Below, piece by piece: positions 29,101 through 37,187 of a stretch of DNA of 39,125 nt. The stretch spans positions 1-39,125 of the forward strand of contig LBYH01000005.1 of NCBI GenBank assembly GCA_000996035.1. Reading direction: 5' to 3'. Position 1 is the stretch's first letter, and each line of letters opens with the position of its first letter. A program made the position numbers and the translations under genes. This DNA is from Parcubacteria group bacterium GW2011_GWA2_40_143. GTDB lineage: Bacteria > Patescibacteriota > Minisyncoccia > UBA9983. Below the pieces are notes generated by a model that had not been told where the DNA came from, made no database searches, and saw only the letters and a program-made list of their open reading frames with translations.

Positions 29101-30984
29101 ATAAACTTGTCGTGGAATTCCGTTACGGGCGCGACGAGCTATACTCTTTACAGAAGCGGTTATGAATTTAGTGGAATTAACGGAACATCATATGCTGATT
29201 CCGGTTTGGGGACCGATATGAGTCATGAATATAAAGTGAAAGCATGCGATAGTAGCGGCGTATGTTCCCCTTATTCTCCGTCCATATCCGTAACTTCTTC
29301 CGGCGAGTGCCCATCCGATGCGTATTCATTGACATTCAGGACTAAAGGAAACGGTTCGGGATACGCCAAGTTTTATGATTGGCGAGATTATTGGCAAGAC
29401 GGTTCATTTTATGATTGGGTACTTATGGGCGATAATCTATCAGAGTTGACCGATGGCGAGCAGGCGACCATAGGAAAAGATTATAAATTCAAATTGACGG
29501 CTATGCCTGCCGCGGATTCTTATTTCGGCGGCTGGTCCGGTTGCGATGATAGCAGTGGCGATGAGTGTTTCCTTAATGAAAATACATCCGGAACAAGTAA
29601 AACGGTAACGGCCGATTTTAAGAAGGAAGGCGGCCCGGTTTCCTGCGATCCGACGGTAAAATTTGGTCCAAATAGTGATATCATGACATCAGGCAATACG
29701 AGAAATATTTATTGGTATTCGGCTTATGCCGATTCGTGCGTTCCATCCGGCGGAGGCAAAGATACAAATTGGGCAAATTCAAGCATAGGAACGAGCGGAT
29801 CTTATAGTGTTACGGAAATAAAAACAAGCGAGGGAATCTCAAGAACTTACAATATAACTTGCTATAACAGTTCAGGCGGAAGTTCTTCCGGATCAGCGAC
29901 GATAACTGTTAGTGACAGTAAGAATTCTCCGTATTTTGCATTTGACGCGTTTCCTAATCCGGTTACTTCCGGCCAATCAACGAATCTTTATTGGATTGGG
30001 ACGAATTGTCTTAGTTCTAGAGTTAGTTTATTTTCACCAACCGATTCCTCGGTGGGAGAATTATATAATACCAGTTCGTATATAGCTACGTTGAAGGGAT
30101 GGTACGGTTCAATAGCCGATAACGGCGGTTATTACTCGTGGGGGTTAAGCTCTTCCAACACCGGAGACCATGCCACAAGTGATCTTTCCAGCGATACCAC
30201 ATACGTTTTGCGTTGCGAGACGCTAGAAGGAACTAATTCTTACGCATACCAGTATCTTACGGTGGAAGCCGGCGTTAATTCTTGCGGTCCGTCAAACGTT
30301 CCGCCGGAAGTTTCTTTAGTCTGCGATCCGGTTTCTTGCGAAGGGTACTATGGTTCGGTGGCGGGGCAGGATGGTTCATTGAAAGTTACTTACGCCGCGA
30401 CCGACGTGGATGACAATATAGACAGTTGTGAATTTGAAGTTGATGGTAATCTTGAATCATCTTCTTGCAACGATAATTATTACCCGACATCCGTTTTGAG
30501 CGCTGGGACACATACGGTAGCCATGACGGCAACTGATAAAGATGGCGAAGCCGCGGTTGGATCAAAAACCGTTGAAATTTTAGAGCGAAAGACAGTTGTA
30601 TTTGAATTTTACCCTCCGACGGACGACCCTCCGACGGACGACCCTCCGACGGACGACCCTCCGACGGAATTATATGCCACCATTATAGACGTTATAGACG
30701 GCTTGTCGGTCAATTCTACTTCTGTCACTATGATGGTCTCTGGCACATGCGAAAATATCTCGCTTTCAACTTCAGCGATAGTGCCTTCAATCCTAGGCGC
30801 GGAAGTTAAGCTAACCAAAAATAATGATGGAACTTACAATATAACCGTAAAATCAATACCCGGAATAACGGCAACGGGAACATATAACATTACCGTAAAA
30901 GGCACTGGCACGAATTGCGCAGAGACCACCGTGTATATTCCCTTAAACGTGAAAAACATAACCACTAGATGGGAAGAAGTTTAA
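26190..30984 (+). CDS. Giant surface protein (1589 aa if rejoined), split into 26190-28871 and 28888-30984 by a 25-bp duplication
   Basis: Signal peptide, two central hydrophobic helices, PKD-like, Cys-rich repeats, FN3-like and InlB-B-like domains. Deleting one 25-bp copy gives 4770 nt in a single frame. Confidence 0.8.
28768..29048 (+). repeat. Two tandem 129-bp (43 aa) Cys-rich units; the first contains an exact 25-bp tandem duplication
   Basis: DQCD(S/Y)ANNSCVSGSWSDLTDTSTKYKWKCGSLSCEASITTTP twice; ATATAAATGGAAATGCGGAAGTTTG at 28841-28865 and 28866-28890. Confidence 0.95.
30611..30668 (+). repeat. 15-bp tandem repeat (PPTDD linker)
   Basis: ACCCTCCGACGGACG x3 plus 13 nt of a fourth unit, perfect identity. 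Confidence 0.95.
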
Positions 30985-31030
30985 AAGGAAAAAGTTAAAA
31001 TTGCAGTATACTGGCGCGCGTAAAATAAAG

Positions 31031-32890
31031 GTGAAAGAAAAGATAAAAAAAAATTCAATCGCAATTATCATCTGCATTTTTTTCGCTTTAATCTGCTTTT
31101 TCTCAGTCTCCTGGTTCAATTTTTTAGACTTGAAATATAGTGGCGATTCAATAACTAGCGATGAGGTGCCTCACATTACTAGCGGTTTTTATTATTTGAA
31201 AACAGGAAGATATTTCTTGAATCCGGAACATCCGCCGCTTGTAAAAGACGTTTCTGCTATTTTGCCTCTTTTTGCGCTAAATCCGTCGTTTCCAAAAGTA
31301 TCATTTGAATATCAGTCGCCAAAAAATGAAGAAGAAAAAACGGAACTTTTTTTCAAAAAAAATATTTTTCCCCGCGATTTGGAGATCACAAATTATCATT
31401 GGGACAACCGTATGCTTATTTTCAATCCCAAAAACAACCCTGACCTTATTATTCTTTTGGCCAGATTGGGAGTCATTTTATTTAATTCGGCGATACTGTT
31501 TGTTTTATATCTTCTTCTTAAGAGATACTGGGGCAAAAAAACCGCCGCTTTATGTTTGCTTTTTCTGGCAATACCGCAATTCAATATTGCTCACGGCAGT
31601 TTGGTAACAACCGATTTCGCCGCTGCCGTTCTTCAAATGTGCGCGCTGGCTTCTTTTGGTGTTTTTTTGAAATTATTCAACTGCGCATCCAAGAAAAAGA
31701 CGCTTTCGTGGTTTTTTCTTTCTTCTCTTTTGTTTACCCTCGCTTTTGCCGCCAAATTTTCTTCATTGATTTTAATCCCAGTTTCTTTCATTGGCGGGCT
31801 CATTTTCATTTTAGCCGTTAAAAAATTTAATTTCAAAAATCTGCTGGTTTACTTGTCTTCGTTCGCCATCCTTATCGCTCTCTCTTTTTCTTTAATTATT
31901 TTTTATTATTCTTTCCATGTGAAAAATATGGACACAGAAGGAATAAACTCTCAACTTGACGCCAATTATCCGAAAAAATTTCCGCCTGCCGTAAAAGTTT
32001 TTCTTAATCAAATGGCGGAAGGCAACAGGTTTGAAAAAGCCGTATCGGTTTACGCCATTGGAACATTTATGACTATAAACAGAATCGACAGCTCCGGACA
32101 ATCAACGTATTTTTTGGGTAAAATATACGGATCGGAAGGAGCCGGATTGTTGTATTTCCATATTCTTTATTTTACCAAGCTGCCTTTGCCTTTTCATGTT
32201 TTAACACTGTTGTCTTTGGTATTATTTTTTCTTTTATTGGGTAAAAATGTTTTTAAAAAAGAATTTTGGCAAAAAATTTCCGTTTTGGATTTTCTTCTTT
32301 TTGTTTTTGTCGCCGTTTATTCTTACAAATCAATATTCAGCAATCTCAATATAGGTTTAAGACATTTTATGCCCGTCATTTTCGCCGTTTCTTTATTGAC
32401 AGCGCACGGAACAGTTGTTTTTTGGAATGAGAAAATTTTTAAAAAAATAAAAATGGCTCATCTAGCTTTCGCCTTGTTAATAATAGCGTTTATTTCAACG
32501 ATAATTTCATTTCCGCATTACTTAAGCTACTACAATATACTGGCTGGCGGAACAAACAATGGATACAAAATAGCCACTGATTCCAATTACGACTGGGGAC
32601 AAGATATAAAGCGACTGGGGAAATTTGTTCGCGATAACAATGTTGATAAAATCTATGTCCACCTTTTTAGCGCCAATAAATTGGACTATTATTTAAACAA
32701 CAAGCACCAATGGTTTGATCTTAAGTATAATGAATTGCCACCCTCCGGTTCTTATTTAGCTGTTTCAGCGCAGGAACTTCAAAATAATATTTACGATCGA
32801 GATTTGCCTGAAAATAAAAAGTATTCTCAATTAAAAAACAATCTCGTAGCCAGAGTTGGCAAGTCTATTTTTATTTTTAAAATTCCTTAA
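31031..32890 (+). CDS. GT-C membrane glycosyltransferase (GT39/ArnT-like)
   Basis: TSDEVPH, NPEHPPLVK, HGSLVTTD, AKFS, NIGLRH, DSNYDWGQD; many TMs. Start GTG 31031 (or TTG 31001). Confidence 0.8.
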   Translation: MKEKIKKNSIAIIICIFFALICFFSVSWFNFLDLKYSGDSITSDEVPHITSGFYYLKTGRYFLNPEHPPLVKDVSAILPLFALNPSFPKVSFEYQSPKNEEEKTELFFKKNIFPRDLEITNYHWDNRMLIFNPKNNPDLIILLARLGVILFNSAILFVLYLLLKRYWGKKTAALCLLFLAIPQFNIAHGSLVTTDFAAAVLQMCALASFGVFLKLFNCASKKKTLSWFFLSSLLFTLAFAAKFSSLILIPVSFIGGLIFILAVKKFNFKNLLVYLSSFAILIALSFSLIIFYYSFHVKNMDTEGINSQLDANYPKKFPPAVKVFLNQMAEGNRFEKAVSVYAIGTFMTINRIDSSGQSTYFLGKIYGSEGAGLLYFHILYFTKLPLPFHVLTLLSLVLFFLLLGKNVFKKEFWQKISVLDFLLFVFVAVYSYKSIFSNLNIGLRHFMPVIFAVSLLTAHGTVVFWNEKIFKKIKMAHLAFALLIIAFISTIISFPHYLSYYNILAGGTNNGYKIATDSNYDWGQDIKRLGKFVRDNNVDKIYVHLFSANKLDYYLNNKHQWFDLKYNELPPSGSYLAVSAQELQNNIYDRDLPENKKYSQLKNNLVARVGKSIFIFKIP

Positions 32891-32902
32891 TCACTTAACC
32901 AA

Positions 32903-33646
32903 ATGGAGCAAAAAAAACAAAAAATATCAATCGCCGTACCGGTTTACAACGAAGAGGTGATAATAAGCCGGACAATTGCGACTTTGTGCGATTTTTGCGA
33001 AAAAAATCTTAAAAATTACGATTGGAAAATAATTATCGCTGATAATAACTCCGGCGACCGCACGGCGGAAATGGCGAAAAAATTGGAAAAAGAGTCCGCT
33101 GGAAAAATTATTTACAAATTTATTCCGCAAAAAGGCAAAGGTTTGGCCATTAGGGAAAGCTGGAAAAGTTTTGAAGCCGATTTTTATATTTTTATGGATG
33201 CCGACCTCGCAACCGCTTTGTCCGCTTTGCCCGTTCTTATAAAAGAATTGGAAAACGGCAACAACTTGGTCATTGGTTCTCGCTTTATCAAAGGCTCATC
33301 AGCCAAAAGAATGCTGGCCAGAAAAATTACTTCCAAAGTTTTTAGTATTCTTACCCGCTTGACGTTTGACCTCAAAATAAAAGATTATCCGTGCGGCTTC
33401 AAAGGCGCCGATAAAAATGTTATAAATAAAATATTGCCTTTGGTTGAAAACAACACTTTCTTTTTTGATACCGAGCTGGTTATTCGTTCAGCCGCGGGCG
33501 GAATGAAAATAAGAGAAATACCGATTGTCTGGCGGGACCGAGATAAAACCGCAAGCAAAAGCCGAGTTAGTATCTCAAAAGTGACAAAAGAATATCTGCT
33601 TGAATTATTAAAATTAAAAAATGACTTGAAAACAAAAAATGGTTAG
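32903..33646 (+). CDS. GT2 polyprenol/dolichol-phosphate hexose synthase-like
   Basis: PVYNEE, ADNNSGD, GKGLA, MDAD, IGSRF, DYPCGFK, FFDTEL, EIPIVW. Confidence 0.85.
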   Translation: MEQKKQKISIAVPVYNEEVIISRTIATLCDFCEKNLKNYDWKIIIADNNSGDRTAEMAKKLEKESAGKIIYKFIPQKGKGLAIRESWKSFEADFYIFMDADLATALSALPVLIKELENGNNLVIGSRFIKGSSAKRMLARKITSKVFSILTRLTFDLKIKDYPCGFKGADKNVINKILPLVENNTFFFDTELVIRSAAGGMKIREIPIVWRDRDKTASKSRVSISKVTKEYLLELLKLKNDLKTKNG

Positions 33647-35105
33647 CATTTTCAAAAAACTTTTTTCCAAAAAAAGAAATATCCTTATTTTTTACAGCGT
33701 TATCGTTCTAGCTTTTTCTTATTTTTCTTATTTCAAAAATTACGATTACCCGCCTGCTGTTTTTTGGGACGAAAATTACCATATCGCTTCCGCTCAAAAA
33801 TATCTGACGGGAGTAATGTTTATGGAAACGCACCCGCCGCTTGGGAAATTAGTTATCGCTCTAGGCGAATATTTAATTCACCCCAATGATGCCATCAATA
33901 AAAGCGAGTTCACCAAAACAGATTACATAAAGGATTTTCCTGCCGGATATTCTTTTGCCGGTGTCCGATTTTTTTCCGCATTGTTCGCTTGGCTTTCGGC
34001 TATCGTCTTTTTCTACATATTTTATTTTATTTCCAAAAACCCCCACACTTCCCTTATTTTTTCTTCCTTTTACATATTTGAAAATGCCTTGATCACTCAC
34101 TCCCGCGCCGCCATGCTGGAAGGCAGCCATTTGTTTTTTATTCTCTTAGCCATTCTTTATTTTGTTTATTTGGTCCAAAAACCATCAAGAAAAACTTTAC
34201 TCAATTATCTTATTTTGGGAATTTTGGTCGGCTTGACCATATCCATTAAAGCCACCGGCGCGATAACCGTTTTTCTGTTTCCTTTCCTTTTTGTTTGGGA
34301 CTGGAAATATCAAGGTTTAACCTTGATATTAAGGAAAGGCTTGTTTTTTGCCGTTGGTTCTATAACTATTTTTTCTTTGGTTTGGTACATACATTTTTCT
34401 TTAGGTAAAACAGTGGCGGATGATAAGTTTTACAAAGCTTCGGAAGAATACAAAGAAATTATGACCAAAGGCCTTACTTCCGACCCGAAATATTTTCCGA
34501 CAATGCTGAAAGACAACTTTGCTTATATGGCCAACTACAATAAAGGTGTGCCTAAGCTTGATGTCTGCAAACCGGACGAAAACGGCAGTTATCCACTTGC
34601 ATGGCTTGTCGGTGACAAGAGCATTAACTATCGCTGGGAGAAAAGCGGCGATGGTGTCAGATATATGTACTTGCAAGTTAATCCTATAACTTGGTTTTTG
34701 AGTTTGGCTGGAATAATTTTGTCTCTTATTCTGATAATCGGCCGTGTTGTCTTTAAAACTCCAATTAAAAACAAAAATCTGTTTTACTTGATAACTACTT
34801 TTGCGACTCTTTATGTAATCTATATGGCGATAATGCTCCATATAGAACGAGTGATGTATTTATACCATTATTTTATCCCACTCATATTTTCTTTTGTTTT
34901 GGCATTCCTGATCTTTAATTATATTTTTGAAGGAAAAATCGCTAACAAATCTAAAAAACTTTACATCAGCCTAATCATAATGGTTGTTATAATCGCCGGA
35001 ACTTATAAATTCTTCAGCCCGCTTTCCTACTACCAGCCTCTCACGACCGAACAATTTGAAAAACGGATCTGGTTTGACTTCTGGAAATTGAAACCGATAG
35101 AATAG
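33639..35105 (+). CDS. PMT-like lipid-carrier-dependent glycosyltransferase (GT39)
   Basis: VFWDENYH (DE motif), HPPLGKLVIALG, SRAAMLE, SYPLAW, NPITW, RVMYLYHY, FFSPLSY: N- and C-terminal PMT signatures. Confidence 0.8.
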   Translation: MVSIFKKLFSKKRNILIFYSVIVLAFSYFSYFKNYDYPPAVFWDENYHIASAQKYLTGVMFMETHPPLGKLVIALGEYLIHPNDAINKSEFTKTDYIKDFPAGYSFAGVRFFSALFAWLSAIVFFYIFYFISKNPHTSLIFSSFYIFENALITHSRAAMLEGSHLFFILLAILYFVYLVQKPSRKTLLNYLILGILVGLTISIKATGAITVFLFPFLFVWDWKYQGLTLILRKGLFFAVGSITIFSLVWYIHFSLGKTVADDKFYKASEEYKEIMTKGLTSDPKYFPTMLKDNFAYMANYNKGVPKLDVCKPDENGSYPLAWLVGDKSINYRWEKSGDGVRYMYLQVNPITWFLSLAGIILSLILIIGRVVFKTPIKNKNLFYLITTFATLYVIYMAIMLHIERVMYLYHYFIPLIFSFVLAFLIFNYIFEGKIANKSKKLYISLIIMVVIIAGTYKFFSPLSYYQPLTTEQFEKRIWFDFWKLKPIE

Positions 35106-35147
35106 TCCCTTCGCGTCTCTTTGCCGGCTCAAAGCTTTAGGTTGATG

Positions 35148-35175
35148 TTGCAAAAAAAAAGTTTTTTGCTATAAT
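35148..35175 (+). promoter_or_regulatory. Promoter for rpsB-tsf (likely leaderless)
   Basis: TTGCAA-16 nt-TATAAT with TG extension, 7 nt before ATG 35183. Confidence 0.7.
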
Positions 35176-35182
35176 ACTTTTT

Positions 35183-35950
35183 ATGTTAGAAACAAAAGAA
35201 AATCCGGTAGATCAAAAGGTTTTGGAGGAGATGTACGCCAAAGGCATGCACCTTGGTTATTCCCCAACCAGCCGGCATCCGCAGATGAGCAAATACCTAT
35301 TTGGCACCAGAAGCGGATTGGAGATTTTTGACCTTGAGAAGACGGTTGATTGTTTAAGCGTTGCCAAAGAATTCGTAAAAAAACTTGGCAAAGAAAAAAA
35401 GACAATGCTTTTTGCGGGCACTAAAAAAGAAGCCATGGCTTTTTCTGAAAAGGCGGCTGTTGAAATAGGTATGCCGTATATAAGAGAAAGGTGGCTTGGT
35501 GGCACTCTTACCAATTTTAGCGAGATTAAGAAAAGAATAAACCATCTTATTGATTTGAAGAAAAAAATGGCTTCCGGCGAACTTGATAAGTATACCAAGA
35601 AAGAAAAATCCCAAACAGACAAGAAAATTAAAAAACTTGATAGATATTTGGGCGGTATGGAAGGTTTGGAGAGAATGCCGTCAGTTATAATAGTGGTTGA
35701 TCCGAAGCATGAGAAGATTGGCGTGGATGAAGCCGTTTGCATGGGCATACCGGTGGTTGCCATAATAAGCAGCGATTGCGATCCGCGCGATATAAATTAT
35801 CCGGTGCCGGCTAACGACAGCTCTTCCACCAGTATAGAATATTTTATTTCAGAAATTGTTAAAGCCTATAAAGAGGGTCTTGCCGCCGCCCAAGAGGCAG
35901 CGACTTTGTCTCCTCAAGTAGCAGAAAAGGCAGCGGAAATTAAAAATTAG
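35183..35950 (+). CDS. rpsB: 30S ribosomal protein S2
   Basis: GMHLG, HPQM, IFDLEKT, RWLGGTLTNF, GIPVVAI, PANDSS. Confidence 0.97.
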   Translation: MLETKENPVDQKVLEEMYAKGMHLGYSPTSRHPQMSKYLFGTRSGLEIFDLEKTVDCLSVAKEFVKKLGKEKKTMLFAGTKKEAMAFSEKAAVEIGMPYIRERWLGGTLTNFSEIKKRINHLIDLKKKMASGELDKYTKKEKSQTDKKIKKLDRYLGGMEGLERMPSVIIVVDPKHEKIGVDEAVCMGIPVVAIISSDCDPRDINYPVPANDSSSTSIEYFISEIVKAYKEGLAAAQEAATLSPQVAEKAAEIKN

Positions 35951-35965
35951 ACTCTTGAGACTTCT

Positions 35966-36418
35966 ATGATTACGTCACAACAAATAAAAGAGTTAAGAGA
36001 TAAAACAGATGTTTCCGTGATGGCTTGCAAGAAAGCTTTGGAAGAGGCCGGTGGCGATATGGAAAAAGCTTTGGAAGTTTTGAGAAGAGAAAGCGCCAAA
36101 GTGGCTGAGAAAAAATCAGACAGAGAACTGGGCGCCGGCATAGTGGAAGCCTACATACACGGGAATAGACAAATGGGCGCTATTGTAAAGCTCAAGAGCG
36201 AATCAGACTTTGTGTCTAAAAATGAAGGTTTTGCCACTCTTGCCAAGGATCTTGCCATGCATGTAGCCGCCGCGAATCCCGAAAACAAAGAAACATTTCT
36301 TAGTCAGCCTTACATAAAAAATCCGGAAATTACGGTGAGTGACTATATAAAAGAGCATATCCAAAAATTCGGGGAAAACATAGAGGTGGTGGAATTTTCC
36401 AGACTTAGTTTGTTTTAA
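35966..36418 (+). CDS. tsf: Elongation factor Ts (short form)
   Basis: IKELRDKT..SVMACKKAL, ESDFV, LAMHVAA, FGENIEVVEFSR; follows rpsB. Confidence 0.95.
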   Translation: MITSQQIKELRDKTDVSVMACKKALEEAGGDMEKALEVLRRESAKVAEKKSDRELGAGIVEAYIHGNRQMGAIVKLKSESDFVSKNEGFATLAKDLAMHVAAANPENKETFLSQPYIKNPEITVSDYIKEHIQKFGENIEVVEFSRLSLF

Positions 36419-36451
36419 ATACCGGCTTGCTTCGCGGAGAGCGAAGAAATT

Positions 36452-36871
36452 ATGTCTTTAGATATTTTATTTTACATAACAGCCGCTTCGGCGCTAGGTT
36501 TGATGCTTATATTCGCAAGCGACCTGACTATTCTAAGAAGAGCTCTTTCCGGCAGAGAAATAACGGAAAAGATCTCGGAATCAAAACCTGTTTTCCACGG
36601 CGCTTATATTTTGTTGTATCTCCCTATGGCAAGATTCGCTAAAGCGGTTGTGATGCCTAAAGTTTTCAGAGAGATTGAAATTGTCATATCCAAAACAAGA
36701 TTGCTCTTTCTCAGGGCGGAAAGATTTTTGCTTGGATTAACGCATTACGTGAGAGGGAAGAGAAAGATAAATGATAACGGAGCCGGCGCTCATCCTTATT
36801 GGGATAGTTTAAACGGCAATAAAAAAAATACGGACGGCGACGAGGAAGAAAAAAGTGGTAAAGATGTGTAA
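36452..36871 (+). CDS. Hypothetical membrane-anchored protein
   Basis: 139 aa ORF with N-terminal hydrophobic helix, co-oriented with tsf. Confidence 0.65.
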   Translation: MSLDILFYITAASALGLMLIFASDLTILRRALSGREITEKISESKPVFHGAYILLYLPMARFAKAVVMPKVFREIEIVISKTRLLFLRAERFLLGLTHYVRGKRKINDNGAGAHPYWDSLNGNKKNTDGDEEEKSGKDV

Positions 36872-36875
36872 AGTT

Positions 36876-37016
36876 CTTTGAATTACGAAATAGTATTATT
36901 TGCTCAGCTCGCATAATTTTCTACGAAAATTTGCTCTACTCATCCGCTTTTATTAGAAAGATTAAAGTAGCGGGTTCCGTAAGGCGTCGCAAACAATACT
37001 ATTTCGTAATTCAAAG
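36876..37016. repeat. 141-bp element with 28-bp terminal inverted repeats (MITE-like)
   Basis: CTTTGAATTACGAAATAGTATTATTTGC (36876-36903) versus GCAAACAATACTATTTCGTAATTCAAAG (36989-37016), 27/28 complementary. Confidence 0.85.
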
Positions 37017-37029
37017 CAGGAGTGCTTAC

Positions 37030-37054
37030 TTGCCACCTTAGCTCAGCGGTAGAG
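37030..37054 (+). repeat. Duplicated 5' end of tRNA-Thr
   Basis: TTGCCACCTTAGCTCAGCGGTAGAG identical to 37110-37134. Confidence 0.9.
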
Positions 37055-37111
37055 GCCTTAGGCCGTTTGTTTATGCGCTAGGATGGTATAAAATGGAAGA
37101 GTGGTAATTTT

Positions 37112-37183
37112 GCCACCTTAGCTCAGCGGTAGAGCAACGCTTTTGTAAAGCGAAGGTCCCCGGTTCAAATCCGGGAGGTGGCT
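37112..37183 (+). tRNA. tRNA-Thr (TGT), CCA not encoded
   Basis: Acceptor GCCACCT/AGGTGGC, D arm GCTC/GAGC, anticodon loop TT-TGT-AA, T arm CCCGG-TTCAAAT-CCGGG. Confidence 0.96.
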
Positions 37184-37187
37184 CAAA

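Noticed and set aside
28888-30984. Independent gene or programmed ribosomal frameshift
   Set aside because: No signal peptide or RBS, starts mid-repeat at TTG, and the upstream frame change is fully explained by the 25-bp duplication rather than a slippery site.
36906-36935. dif-like site (CGCATAAT resembles the XerC arm)
   Set aside because: No XerD arm (TTATGTTAAAT-like) at the 6-bp spacing; better explained as an internal hairpin of the repeat.
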